Shown in pieces: positions 49,629-59,731 of a DNA stretch of 64,000 nucleotides; the stretch's first letter is position 1, and every line of letters starts with the position of its first letter. Below the pieces are notes generated by a model. That model was not told the origin of the DNA, did no database searches, and was given only the letters and a program-made list of their open reading frames with translations. This DNA is from Gammaproteobacteria bacterium (GTDB lineage: Bacteria > Pseudomonadota > Gammaproteobacteria > Eutrophobiales > Eutrophobiaceae): assembly GCA_965222155.1 (NCBI GenBank), contig CBDCTH010000012.1:768001-832000 (forward strand), written 5' to 3'. The position numbers were made by a program, and so were the translations under genes.

Positions 49629-49668
49629 AATATTTGGGGTCAGAGTTTTTACTCTGACCCCAAATATT
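49629..49668. repeat. Family A hairpin
   Basis: AATATTTGGGGTCAGAGT-TTTT-ACTCTGACCCCAAATATT. Confidence 0.85.
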
Positions 49669-49672
49669 GACA

Positions 49673-51154
49673 TTATGGATAGCCGAGCCAGGTATGAAAA
49701 ACGTTGTCAGGATCATATTTTTTACGGAGTTCGGCCAGGCGCTCCCAGTTCTTTTCGGAAAAAGAGGATTTTATCCTCTCCGGGAACAGGGTTGCTTCGA
49801 TTTCATTGACGTAAGTGCCCTTGCTGTAGGGTTGCAGCAGGTCGTTTGTCGTTTTCAGCCAGGCGTAATTGGCCTGGTCGTTTTCTGCGTCGTTCCAGAG
49901 CAGGTAGCTGGCGATGTAATGGTCGGCAATGCGCGAGAAACAGGCGTCATCATGCAGTTCCGGCTTAATCCCGTAGGAGCATAACACGTGGGAGCGGGTT
50001 GACGGCGTCCTCTTGAAATGTTCCGCCACAGACAACAATGCCTGTCCCGGATCGTCAGTCCAGACGTTGTCAACCGCGTAACGGCCTATGCCGGAATCAA
50101 CGTTTTCCGGGTTATACAGATTTGCAAACGTGGTCGGCTGATATTCCTGCTTGAAGACACTGGCGGCGGCAAGTACACTGTCAGCGAACGGGGACAACAT
50201 CGCCCTCGCTTCACTTTCCGTATCGGCAAAGGCATTAACCCCCACCATGCATAGCTTGGCCTGGCCCGGCAGTGTATCCCCAGGAGCCTGCGGGTCGTGC
50301 ATCAACAATACAAGTATCTCAACACGTTCATCTTTTATCCGGTTGAGTTTGTCCAGGGAATCAACGACTGTGGGCAGGTTGTCTATGGGAGAGATATACA
50401 TGCTGGTGTATATCGCTTGCGGTAGGGGATAAAGCTGTAATTCCAGCCGCGTCACGATACCGAAAAAGCCGGGTCCGACGCCGCGCACGGCCCAGAACAG
50501 TTCAGGATAAGCATCAGGGGTAGCAGTTACCTTCCTGCCACCGGCCAGTATGATATCGGCGCTTTTTATTGAGTGACAGGCTACGCCCCCCCAATGAGCG
50601 TGATTCCAGCCTACGCCGCCACCAAGCAGGTAACCCCCGAGAGCGACAGTAGGGCAGTGGGCTGCAGGAAATGCAAGACCCTGTTTGCCGGCTTCCCGGA
50701 TAAGTTGCTCAGACCATAATCCCGGTTGCACCTGTGCAGTTTTATTCCCGGCGTTGATCTCGATATCACGCAGCAAAGCCAGGTCAATCAGTAAACCACC
50801 GTCCCGCAATGCCGCGCCGGTGGAATTATGGCCGCTGCTCCTGGCAGACACTTTCAACCCGTTATCGGTGGCGTATTTCACTGCGGCGCTGACATCCTGT
50901 TCGGAGCGTGCACGCATGATCGTGTCCGGGTAGCGGTCCGGCTTTCTCAGGTGCCAGACCATGCTGTTGCGCCAGGCCTCATATTGGTCATCCTCCCGGT
51001 TGATGACTTCACCGCCTACCATCCGATCCAGCCCTTTTGCCAACTCACCCGGTCCTGCGAATAATGAACCTGAATAGAGTTGACCGATAGTGCCTGTCAC
51101 CCCCAGGGCGCCCAGATGTCGTATAAAATCTCTTCTTCGTAAATCAGTCAGCAT
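49673..51154 (-). CDS. Tat-exported FAD-linked oxidase (BBE/VAO family)
   Basis: LRRRDFI Tat motif, RSSGHN, HCPTVALGGYLLGGG, LFWAVRG.GPGFFG, YVNE...KYDPDNVF. Confidence 0.88.
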   Translation of the reverse strand: MLTDLRRRDFIRHLGALGVTGTIGQLYSGSLFAGPGELAKGLDRMVGGEVINREDDQYEAWRNSMVWHLRKPDRYPDTIMRARSEQDVSAAVKYATDNGLKVSARSSGHNSTGAALRDGGLLIDLALLRDIEINAGNKTAQVQPGLWSEQLIREAGKQGLAFPAAHCPTVALGGYLLGGGVGWNHAHWGGVACHSIKSADIILAGGRKVTATPDAYPELFWAVRGVGPGFFGIVTRLELQLYPLPQAIYTSMYISPIDNLPTVVDSLDKLNRIKDERVEILVLLMHDPQAPGDTLPGQAKLCMVGVNAFADTESEARAMLSPFADSVLAAASVFKQEYQPTTFANLYNPENVDSGIGRYAVDNVWTDDPGQALLSVAEHFKRTPSTRSHVLCSYGIKPELHDDACFSRIADHYIASYLLWNDAENDQANYAWLKTTNDLLQPYSKGTYVNEIEATLFPERIKSSFSEKNWERLAELRKKYDPDNVFHTWLGYP

Positions 51155-51287
51155 GGTTACACCCTGGTAATTTGGTTTGTCAACAGACGCCATTATGTAA
51201 TAAAGTCTGGTTTCAGTGTGAAAAAATAACAAACAGGCCGGTATTTTATCCATACCTGTGTAATACAAAACCTGATCAAGTCCACAA

Positions 51288-52334
51288 ATGGCAGAAAACA
51301 AGTCGGAAACGGTAGTCGGGGTCAAACGCGATGATGACGCGCCTGCATTGCTCAATGACATCCCACCCCGGTATGAGCCCCTTGATCAACAACCCTATGA
51401 TCGTGATTTTGGAGTAAGACTGGCGACACCGGGGCCGGAGACCCATGGCATAAAGGATATCTGCATCGTCAGGAAGGGTCTGGCTGTCCTGATAGGCGAC
51501 GTGGAACATGATTATGCCCACAGTGATCTGAGTGAAAGCGGGGACGTGGTCAAATTTCATTTCCGCTACAGCGGCAGCAGTGAGATAGGCGTCGAGGGAG
51601 ACGAACTTGAACCGGTGGACCCAATGACCTTTGGTGTGCTGATCCAGCCTTCCGGCATGAAAAAGATAGAGTGTTTTCCCGCACATCAGCATGAGCAGTC
51701 GGTGACCCTGCTGTGTGAACCGCCCTTTCTGGAAGAAATCATTTCCGGCACCTCTCTGTTGATGTCCACCCCACTGGAGCGATTCCTGTACGGTGGCCGG
51801 AAAGACATGTATTACTGGGCAGTCCGTATGCGCCCCGAGATGGTCTCTGCGGTGAAGTCCCTGTTTGAGACAAATTTTACGGGACGCCTGCAACAACTCC
51901 AGATTGAAGCCAAGACCCTGGAATTACTCTGCTACACCCTGGACCAGTTATCAACAATGTGGTCGGGTTCGGGCGCGGATGAAACCCCGTTGCGGCAAAG
52001 GGATATCAAGCGCGTCGCAGAAATATGTGAAATTCTCGAAAATGACTTATCCAGAGCGCCCACCATCAATGAACTGGCGAAAACCCTGTCCTGGAACGAG
52101 ACCCAGTTGATGCGGGTGTTCAGGCAGGCCGTAGGCACTACGGTACATAATTATCAGCACCGCGCCCGAATGGAAAAGGCCTGTGATTTGCTGGCAAATA
52201 CCGAGATGACGATTACCCGGATTGCCATGAACGTCGGTTATGAATATTCGAGTAATTTTACTACGGCATTCAGAAAATACTTTGGAGTGACCCCCAAACT
52301 GGTGAGGGCGGAACGTAACCCGACGGTTATGTAG
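51288..52334 (+). CDS. AraC-family transcriptional regulator
   Basis: PTINELA, RMEKA.DLL, IA.NVGYEYSSNFTTAFRKYFGVTP. Confidence 0.92.
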   Translation: MAENKSETVVGVKRDDDAPALLNDIPPRYEPLDQQPYDRDFGVRLATPGPETHGIKDICIVRKGLAVLIGDVEHDYAHSDLSESGDVVKFHFRYSGSSEIGVEGDELEPVDPMTFGVLIQPSGMKKIECFPAHQHEQSVTLLCEPPFLEEIISGTSLLMSTPLERFLYGGRKDMYYWAVRMRPEMVSAVKSLFETNFTGRLQQLQIEAKTLELLCYTLDQLSTMWSGSGADETPLRQRDIKRVAEICEILENDLSRAPTINELAKTLSWNETQLMRVFRQAVGTTVHNYQHRARMEKACDLLANTEMTITRIAMNVGYEYSSNFTTAFRKYFGVTPKLVRAERNPTVM

Positions 52335-52362
52335 CAAAGCGGACTGAAAAAATTTCATTTTC

Positions 52363-53472
52363 ATGAACGGTTCAGGTTTGCCGGACAACATTGATGGCTG
52401 TTTCAGCTCCGATTATTTCACGGCGCGGGAAAGGTTCCTGGAGGCTTGCCGCAGAAAAAACCTGGAGGTCACCAGCTACATAAATCCTGCCTCAGAGGAG
52501 GCAAAGGCAGAACTTGCCGTCGATACGACATTTATCGGTAACCGGTCGGCACCAAAGATATTGGTGATCACCTCGGGATTTCATGGAGTTGAGTTGATGT
52601 GCGGGTCCGGTTGTCAAACCGGATTGATCGAGAATGATTGTTTACTCACATTATCCGAAGACATTGCCGTATTGCAGGTTCATGGGGTCAACCCCTGGGG
52701 CGCTGCACACCTGAGGCGTAATAATGAAGATAACGTGGATTTATGCCGGAATTTTCTTGATTTTAACGAGGCTTATCCCGTCAACCCGGGATATGAAGCA
52801 ATTCATGAGGCATTATGTTGTCCGGAATCCAGCGGGCCCCGGAGGGAGGAGGCTGAAAAAATTCTGCAAGACTTTCGGCAACGGCATGGATTGCCGGCAT
52901 TTATCAACGCGCTGATAGCCGGACAGTATCAGCACCCTGATGGGATGTCTTACGGCGGAGACAGCGCGACCTGGTCCCGGCAAACGCTGGAAGAAATCCT
53001 GCGTCATTATGGCGGAACTGCTGAGCGGGTATGTCTGGTCGACATCCACAGCGGATTGGGTCCTTATGGTCATGGGTCGGTTGTCTGCTTGCAGCAAGGG
53101 GATAATCTGGACCGCGCCCGGAATTGGTTCGGGGACCGGCTGACCTCACCGCAGCTTGACGCGGCCCCGGCAAGGCGGCATTTCCATCCGACAATGGGTC
53201 ATCCTTCCCGGGAATATCAACGGTTATTTAAACAAGGGCAGGTAACCTCAGTCGTCCTGGAATTTGGCACCTATTCTTCAGAAAATAATTTAAAGGCATT
53301 GCTGGATGACCACTGGTTGGAATTTAACGGTGACGGGCGGACTGATACGGCAGGTAACATAAAGTCTGATATATTGAAGGCGCATTATCCGGATGACCCG
53401 CACTGGCGTGAGTCGGTCTGGACAGGTTGTGAACGGGTGATAAAACAGTCAATTAACGGGTTAATACAATGA
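52363..53472 (+). CDS. DUF2817 / M14-like zinc peptidase
   Basis: ARERFL, SGFHGVE..CGS, NPWG...RR.NE.NVDL.RNF, DIHSGLG, LEFGT. Confidence 0.85.
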   Translation: MNGSGLPDNIDGCFSSDYFTARERFLEACRRKNLEVTSYINPASEEAKAELAVDTTFIGNRSAPKILVITSGFHGVELMCGSGCQTGLIENDCLLTLSEDIAVLQVHGVNPWGAAHLRRNNEDNVDLCRNFLDFNEAYPVNPGYEAIHEALCCPESSGPRREEAEKILQDFRQRHGLPAFINALIAGQYQHPDGMSYGGDSATWSRQTLEEILRHYGGTAERVCLVDIHSGLGPYGHGSVVCLQQGDNLDRARNWFGDRLTSPQLDAAPARRHFHPTMGHPSREYQRLFKQGQVTSVVLEFGTYSSENNLKALLDDHWLEFNGDGRTDTAGNIKSDILKAHYPDDPHWRESVWTGCERVIKQSINGLIQ

Positions 53473-54503
53473 ACGCCGATACGAGTAACCACATCCCGCC
53501 TACCCTGGAGGAAGTCCGGTTAACTGCCGCTAGACTGGCGCCCTATATACGGATGACGCCGGCCTTCCATTGGTCAGGAGACACGGTCGCTTCCCGGCTG
53601 GGAAAGGATACGGAATTGTTTTTAAAACTGGAATTGTTCCAGCGCACCGGCACCTTCAAGGCACGCGGCGCGGTCAATAATGCATTGGCCTTGTCGGCCG
53701 GCCAGCTTGCCCGGGGGATTACCGCCATGAGTTCGGGCAACCATGCCATTGCCGCCGCTTACGCGGCCCGATGTGTCGATACCAGCGCAAAAGTGGTGAT
53801 GCAGGCCAGCGCCAACCCGGCCCGAATTGAAATTGCCCGCAATCTCGGGGCGGAAATTCTGATTGCGCAGGATGGGCCCACCGGTTTCAGGATGGTTGAG
53901 GAAATAGTGGAAAAAGAGGGACGAACCTTTATCCATCCGTTTGAAGGTTTCAGGGTGACGGAAGGAACCGGCACCTGTGGCCTGGAACTGCACGACGCAA
54001 TAAAGGAACTGGAGGCAGTGGTTGTACCCATAGGTGCCGGCGGCTTATGTTCCGGTGTGGGGGTGGTTACCAAGCTGTTGAATGCAAAATGTAAGGTGTA
54101 CGGGGTCGAACCCGAAGGGGCCGCAGTGATGCAGAAAAGCCTGGCGGCGGGTTCGGCGCAGAACCTGACGGAACTGTCAACGATAGCCGACAGCCTGGCT
54201 CCCCCGTTTACCACCGATTACTGTTATGCAATGTGTGAGCGCGCGCTGGATGACCTTGTCCTGGTTTCGGATGATGAACTCGCGGCCGCCGCGACTATTT
54301 TGTTTGAACATGGAAAACTGGCGGTCGAACCTGCCGGCGCAGCGACCACGGCTGCCGCTTTCGGGCCACTTGCAGGCCGGCTCAGGGGTAAGCGGGTCGC
54401 GGCGATCGTTTGTGGTTCGAACATTGATATAGGTGGTTTTGCCGAACTGGTCAAACGCGGCAGGGACGGGTTGGCCCGGGGCGTTCTTCCAACTCGCCCC
54501 TGA
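53469..54503 (+). CDS. PLP-dependent threonine/serine dehydratase-family enzyme
   Basis: KLELFQRTGTFKARG, SSGNH, IGAGGL.SG, VEPAGA, CGSN. Confidence 0.88.
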   Translation: MNADTSNHIPPTLEEVRLTAARLAPYIRMTPAFHWSGDTVASRLGKDTELFLKLELFQRTGTFKARGAVNNALALSAGQLARGITAMSSGNHAIAAAYAARCVDTSAKVVMQASANPARIEIARNLGAEILIAQDGPTGFRMVEEIVEKEGRTFIHPFEGFRVTEGTGTCGLELHDAIKELEAVVVPIGAGGLCSGVGVVTKLLNAKCKVYGVEPEGAAVMQKSLAAGSAQNLTELSTIADSLAPPFTTDYCYAMCERALDDLVLVSDDELAAAATILFEHGKLAVEPAGAATTAAAFGPLAGRLRGKRVAAIVCGSNIDIGGFAELVKRGRDGLARGVLPTRP

Positions 54504-54520
54504 CTTGCAGCTACCCTGAA

Positions 54521-56050
54521 GTGGAAGCAGAACAGGGCATCCTTGCATTTGGCGAGCAGTCCAGCTCAATCAGTGGCATTGATGCTGCGGCAAGACGCGT
54601 TGCCGGCGGCTTGCGACACCTGGGAGTCCGGGAGAACGACAGCGTGGCCGTTATTTTGCGCAATGACATCCCCTATTTTATTATCCATGAGGCAGCGCAT
54701 TATCTCGGGTTTGATGCAGTTCCGGTTAACTGGCATTTAAAGCCGGCCGAGATTGATTTCATCTTAACCGACTGCAAGGCAAAGGTTGTCATTATCCATT
54801 CCGACCTGCTCACCGGAGAGTTGGCAGGCGTAATACGACATGTTTCTGTGATTGTGGTAACCACGCCGGATGAGATCCTGGATAGTTATGGTATTACTGA
54901 TGACGGGGGTAATGGGGAGCCCGGCTTCCTGGGTTGGTCTGACTGGATCGAGAAGAGTCCGGAGCTTGCGGACCCGGTAAAAAATTTCAGACCCCCCTTG
55001 TTTTATACCTCGGGCAGTAGCGGCAGACCCAAGGCCGTCTTACGCAAAAATGTAACCCCTCAAATCGGCGCTAAAGTCAGCGCCAGGACAAGCTTTGCCT
55101 GGGGTTTCGACCGAACCCCGATCCGTTCGGTAATGACAGGCCCCCTGTACCATTCCGCGCCGAACGGGTACGGCAATATGGTCTTGCAGGCCGGCGGCCT
55201 GCTTATCCTGACGGCGCGCTTCAGTGCGGAAGACTTGCTGGCTTTGATAGAGCATTATGAAATCACCCACCTGCACCTGGTGCCCACCATGTTTGTCCGC
55301 TTACTGGATTTGCCTGGTGAAATTCGGGGCAGGTATCGACTTGATTCCTTAATCCACGTGACCCACGGCGCGGCGCCTTGCCCCGTCGATGTCAAGCGGT
55401 GCATGATTGACTGGTGGGGAAACGTGATCCATGAATATTACGCCATGACGGAAACAGGCATAATTACCTGTTGCAGCTCTGTTGAATGGCTGGAACACGA
55501 AGGAACGGTTGGACGCCCGGCGCCCGGGGTTGAGATTGAAATTCGTGATGTGCAGGGTAACCGTCTCAACGCTCGTGAAGAAGGCATCATCTGCGTAAGA
55601 CATGAAGGTACCGATTGTATTTCTTATCTTAACGCAAGGGAAAACGCCACAGGGTTACACCAGAACGGCTTCCTGGTCACGGGAGACATCGGCTACCTGG
55701 ATGAAGGGGGTTTCCTGTATGTTTCCTCCCGTCAATCGGATATGGTGATATCCGGGGGCGTCAATATCTATCCGGCGGAAATCGAAGCGGAACTGATCGC
55801 CCTGAACGGCGTTGACGATTGTGTCGTGTTCGGCATTCCCGACGTGGAGTATGGGGAAAAACTCGTGGCGGTCATAGAGACAAAACGCTCGTTAAACGAA
55901 AGTGAAATATCCGCTAACCTTAAGACCAGACTCGCAAACTTCAAGATTCCCGGGATTTATGAATTTGTTGACAGGTTGCCGCGTGAAGATTCCGGTAAAA
56001 TAAAGAAACAGTCCGTCAAACGAGACTATCTCGCCAGGCATGGAAACTGA
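54521..56050 (+). CDS. Acyl-CoA synthetase (AMP-binding)
   Basis: YTSGSSGRPK, GPLYHSAP, EYYAMTE, TGDIGY, ISGGVNIYPAEIE, SGKI. Confidence 0.9.
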   Translation: MEAEQGILAFGEQSSSISGIDAAARRVAGGLRHLGVRENDSVAVILRNDIPYFIIHEAAHYLGFDAVPVNWHLKPAEIDFILTDCKAKVVIIHSDLLTGELAGVIRHVSVIVVTTPDEILDSYGITDDGGNGEPGFLGWSDWIEKSPELADPVKNFRPPLFYTSGSSGRPKAVLRKNVTPQIGAKVSARTSFAWGFDRTPIRSVMTGPLYHSAPNGYGNMVLQAGGLLILTARFSAEDLLALIEHYEITHLHLVPTMFVRLLDLPGEIRGRYRLDSLIHVTHGAAPCPVDVKRCMIDWWGNVIHEYYAMTETGIITCCSSVEWLEHEGTVGRPAPGVEIEIRDVQGNRLNAREEGIICVRHEGTDCISYLNARENATGLHQNGFLVTGDIGYLDEGGFLYVSSRQSDMVISGGVNIYPAEIEAELIALNGVDDCVVFGIPDVEYGEKLVAVIETKRSLNESEISANLKTRLANFKIPGIYEFVDRLPREDSGKIKKQSVKRDYLARHGN

Positions 56051-56065
56051 TTGTTGAATACGCTT

Positions 56066-56545
56066 ATGAAAAAATACTTCAATATGATTCTGATACCGGT
56101 ATTCCTGCTGGCAATCCCCGGTTGTTCCAAACAGGACCAGCATACCGCGCCCCTGCCGGATTTCGAGCAGTTGGTACTCGACGATTATATTATGCCCTAC
56201 AAAACAGGTGACATTGAGCGCTGGCTGGAAATTTTTGCCGATGACGCAGTCGGCATGCATAACACCTTGCCGGCACTGGAGGGGAAGCAGGCGTTACGTC
56301 ATTTTGCGGAGACTGTCCATAACACTTTCAATATCGAACAACTGGACGTGACCGTCGACTCTGTCATTTCCGAAGGTGACTGGGCGCTGACGCGGGGCAG
56401 CTTTGTTGCCGATTTTATCCTCAAGGATGGAGATGCCGGAAATCGGGGAAACCCCCGGCAAGGCAAATATATTTTATTATGGGAACGGCAAAACGACGGC
56501 ACATGGAAGATTATCCTCGATATGGGTAACAACAATACGCCGTGA
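56066..56545 (+). CDS. SnoaL/DUF4440-like lipoprotein
   Basis: Lipobox-like AIPGC, FADDAV, GKY..LWERQ.DGTWKI. Confidence 0.75.
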   Translation: MKKYFNMILIPVFLLAIPGCSKQDQHTAPLPDFEQLVLDDYIMPYKTGDIERWLEIFADDAVGMHNTLPALEGKQALRHFAETVHNTFNIEQLDVTVDSVISEGDWALTRGSFVADFILKDGDAGNRGNPRQGKYILLWERQNDGTWKIILDMGNNNTP

Positions 56546-56614
56546 TCTCAATGACTGGCCTGTTCAGATATTCCCCCAGGACTTCATTTTCCAACCAGGC
56601 AATGAGGTGACGCG

Positions 56615-58228
56615 ATTGCTGAATATGATGTAATTGTGGTTGGAGGAGGGTCAGCCGGTTGTGTCATAGCGGGCCGTTTGTCCGAAGATCCGTCTCTTTC
56701 CGTTCTACTGGTGGAAGCGGGGGGGAGCGACAAACACCCTTTCAGCCGGATCCCCGCGGCCAGTGGCGCCGCCGTTTTCAGTTCCCGCTTTAACTGGAAG
56801 TATGCTGTCGAACCGGACCCGACCCGGGCCGGCAAGGTGGATAGCTGGTGGAGCGGGCGTTGTCTGGGCGGGGGCAGCGCCATCAACGGCATGATGTTTG
56901 TGCGCGGTCATCGGGATGATTACGATGACTGGTCTGACCAGGGTTGCCACGGCTGGGATTACCCGTCGGTTTTGCCGTATTTCAAGCGTCTGGAATGTAA
57001 CCGGCGCGGCAGCGATGAATGGCGCAGCCGGGAAGGGCCCCACTCCGTGGAAGATTTACACGTTGACAGTCCGCTGACCCACGACTGGATTAAGGCCGCA
57101 CAACAGGCGGGCGTCCCCAGGAGTCATGACCTGAATGGAGCTGATCATGAGGGTGTGGACTTTGTCCAGGTGGCCCAGCGCAAGGGTTGGCGTGAGTCCG
57201 CCGCCCGGGCATACCTCGGGCCGGTACGCAAACGACGCAACCTGCATATTCGCCTCAATACCCGCGTTACCCGAGTCCTGTTTAACGGCAACAGGGCCAG
57301 CGGCATCGAATTCACCCGCGCTGGTACGTTTGATAAGGCCCCGTTCGAAAAGGCATTCGCACGCGCCGCCGTGATAATGAGTGCGGGCGCCATCGCTACG
57401 CCAAAGTTACTGCAACTTTCCGGCATCGGGGACGGGTCGGCACTCAACGGGGCAGGTATCCCCCCTATCGTGCATGCGCCGGGAGTCGGCAAAAACCTGC
57501 AGGAACACACAGGAATTCGTTATTCGTTTGATGTGAATTGTGAAACTCTGGGCACCCGCACGGGTTTCCTGGATAATCTGTTTCAGTTGTTCCAATTCCT
57601 GGTTAACGGGAAGGGGTTACTGACCACGCCTATCGCCCATGCCCAGGCGTTCGTCCGCACCCGCACGGAATTTACAACACCCAACGCTCAGATTACCATG
57701 GCCCCTTTCCATATCGAAATCGGTGAAGACAACGCCATCCTCAGCAAAGAACGGATTGCCGGCGGCGCGGTCGGCTTGATGCGCACGCAGAGCAGGGGAG
57801 AAATTACGTTACGCTCACAGGACCCGTTGGATCCGCCCCGCATTCATTATCCCATGCTGGGTTCCGAGGATGATATTGACCAACTCGTTGAGGCCTGTCT
57901 GTTAGCCAGGAAAATCACGGAGCAGCCGGCCTTCAGGAAAAAACTGGTGCGCTGGCGGCAGCCTGATGATGAGGTGTTTGGTGGAAATCAACTCAGGGAA
58001 TTCGTTAAAACTGCGGCGTTTCCCATGTATCACCCGGTCGGGACCTGCAGGATGGGAAGTGATGCGGGCGCCGTGGTGGACCCGAATTTAAAGGTCAGGG
58101 GCGTTGACGGGTTGTGGGTTATCGATGCGTCCGTTATGCCGACCCTGGTAACCGGCAACACTAATGCTACCGTGATCATGATCGGTGAGAAAGGCGCAGA
58201 TCTCGTGCGTTCTGCGTTATCGCAATAA
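56615..58228 (+). CDS. GMC oxidoreductase (choline dehydrogenase-like)
   Basis: YDVIVVGGGSAGCV, LGGGSAINGM, GVGKNLQEH, YHPVGTCRMG, GNTNA. Probable start is ATT 56615. Confidence 0.9.
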   Translation: MAEYDVIVVGGGSAGCVIAGRLSEDPSLSVLLVEAGGSDKHPFSRIPAASGAAVFSSRFNWKYAVEPDPTRAGKVDSWWSGRCLGGGSAINGMMFVRGHRDDYDDWSDQGCHGWDYPSVLPYFKRLECNRRGSDEWRSREGPHSVEDLHVDSPLTHDWIKAAQQAGVPRSHDLNGADHEGVDFVQVAQRKGWRESAARAYLGPVRKRRNLHIRLNTRVTRVLFNGNRASGIEFTRAGTFDKAPFEKAFARAAVIMSAGAIATPKLLQLSGIGDGSALNGAGIPPIVHAPGVGKNLQEHTGIRYSFDVNCETLGTRTGFLDNLFQLFQFLVNGKGLLTTPIAHAQAFVRTRTEFTTPNAQITMAPFHIEIGEDNAILSKERIAGGAVGLMRTQSRGEITLRSQDPLDPPRIHYPMLGSEDDIDQLVEACLLARKITEQPAFRKKLVRWRQPDDEVFGGNQLREFVKTAAFPMYHPVGTCRMGSDAGAVVDPNLKVRGVDGLWVIDASVMPTLVTGNTNATVIMIGEKGADLVRSALSQ

Positions 58229-58237
58229 GCCCGTCCC

Positions 58238-59731
58238 ATGAAATACTTTATTGCACTGCTGCTGACCGAGACAAATTCTTTCTCACCCATTCCTACCGGG
58301 ATGGATGAATTCAGACAGTTCGGGTTATGGCATGGCAACGCCAGCAGTCGGGACGAACTGTTCGGTCCGGTATTAGCCCGCTGGCGGCAGTTGGCAACCG
58401 CGGCCGGGCATGAAGTTGCAGAGAGTCTGGGCGCTGTTGCGCAACCGGGCGGACCTGTTGATATGGCGGTGTATGAAGCGTTCAAACAGGAAATTCTGTC
58501 AGACCTTGAACAGGCAATGCCGGTTGACGTGGTGCTATTACAACTGCACGGATCGATGATCGCGACCGGGTGTGATGATTGTGAAGGAGACCTATTAAAG
58601 GCAGTAAGGCAACTAGTCGGTCCTGACACAGTGATTGGCGCAGAGCTGGACCTGCATTGTCTGCTATCGCCCAAGATGGTTGACTGTGCGGATATGCTTG
58701 TGTCGTATAAGGAATATCCGCACACTGACATCATGGACTGCGGCAATAGGTTATTTCACCTATGCACAGGTATCGCGCAAGGAATATTACAGCCGGTCAG
58801 CAGCGTGTTTAATTGCCGGATGATCAGCACGTGGAAAACCACGCAACAACCGATGAGCAGCTTTGTTGAAAAATTGCGTGACCTGGAAGAAACTGAAGAG
58901 ATTATTTCCGTTTCTTTCTGTCACGGTTTGCCCTGGGGTGACAGCGAGCACAACGGCGCGAAAGTATTGGTGTATACAAATGGGAATGAAACGTCTGCCG
59001 CTCAGACTGCAACAGAGATAGGCATAGAAATCTGGTCGATGCGTCATGAGACACATCCTGAATATCCCGGGATTAAGGAAGCCCTGGATCAGATCAGTGC
59101 ATCGGATCGGCACCCCATCGTTCTGGCTGATACAGCGGATAATCCGGGTGGAGGCGCGCCGGGTGATGCCACCTTCATTCTGGAGCGAGTCCTTTCCAGC
59201 AAAATCGCTCATGTGGTGAGCGGCGTCTATTGGGACCCTGAGTCCATGGACAGGTGTAGAAATGCCGGCAAGGGTGCTACGTTGGACTTGAACCTGGGCG
59301 GCAAAACGGGTGTCACTTCCGGCAATCCTGCCGGCCTGACGGTCAAGGTGCGTGCGTTATTGGAGGATTATTCGCAACCTGATACGGACGGTGGACGGCA
59401 CCCGGTGGGTAGTCTGGCCTGGGTATCAGTAGTTGATACGTCAATTGTGAATGTAAATATAGTCATCAGTGAACATCGTCGGCAAACACTCCATCCGGAA
59501 ATATTTACCGCGCTGGGCATCGACCTGCCGACAATGAAGCTGATCATCGTCAAATCGAGTCAGCACTTCCATGCAGGGTTTGCCCCCCTGGCCGAAGAAA
59601 TAATTTACGTAACCACCCCGGGCACCCTGAATTTTGATTTTGCAAGTATCCCCTACAGGAAATATACCCAACCTTATTGGCCCAGGCATGAGTTTCCTCC
59701 CGGAATGAATAGTACGAGCACGCTGAGATGA
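58238..59731 (+). CDS. MlrC-like M81 metallopeptidase
   Basis: ETNSFSP, LHGSM, DDCEGDLL, LDLH, YPHTD, D.ADNPGGGA.GD, VKSSQHF. Confidence 0.9.
   Translation: MKYFIALLLTETNSFSPIPTGMDEFRQFGLWHGNASSRDELFGPVLARWRQLATAAGHEVAESLGAVAQPGGPVDMAVYEAFKQEILSDLEQAMPVDVVLLQLHGSMIATGCDDCEGDLLKAVRQLVGPDTVIGAELDLHCLLSPKMVDCADMLVSYKEYPHTDIMDCGNRLFHLCTGIAQGILQPVSSVFNCRMISTWKTTQQPMSSFVEKLRDLEETEEIISVSFCHGLPWGDSEHNGAKVLVYTNGNETSAAQTATEIGIEIWSMRHETHPEYPGIKEALDQISASDRHPIVLADTADNPGGGAPGDATFILERVLSSKIAHVVSGVYWDPESMDRCRNAGKGATLDLNLGGKTGVTSGNPAGLTVKVRALLEDYSQPDTDGGRHPVGSLAWVSVVDTSIVNVNIVISEHRRQTLHPEIFTALGIDLPTMKLIIVKSSQHFHAGFAPLAEEIIYVTTPGTLNFDFASIPYRKYTQPYWPRHEFPPGMNSTSTLR

Noticed and set aside
58238-59731. Microcystin degradation (mlr) cluster
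   Set aside because: Only an MlrC-family peptidase is present, with no mlrA, mlrB or mlrD-like genes, and the family is widespread.
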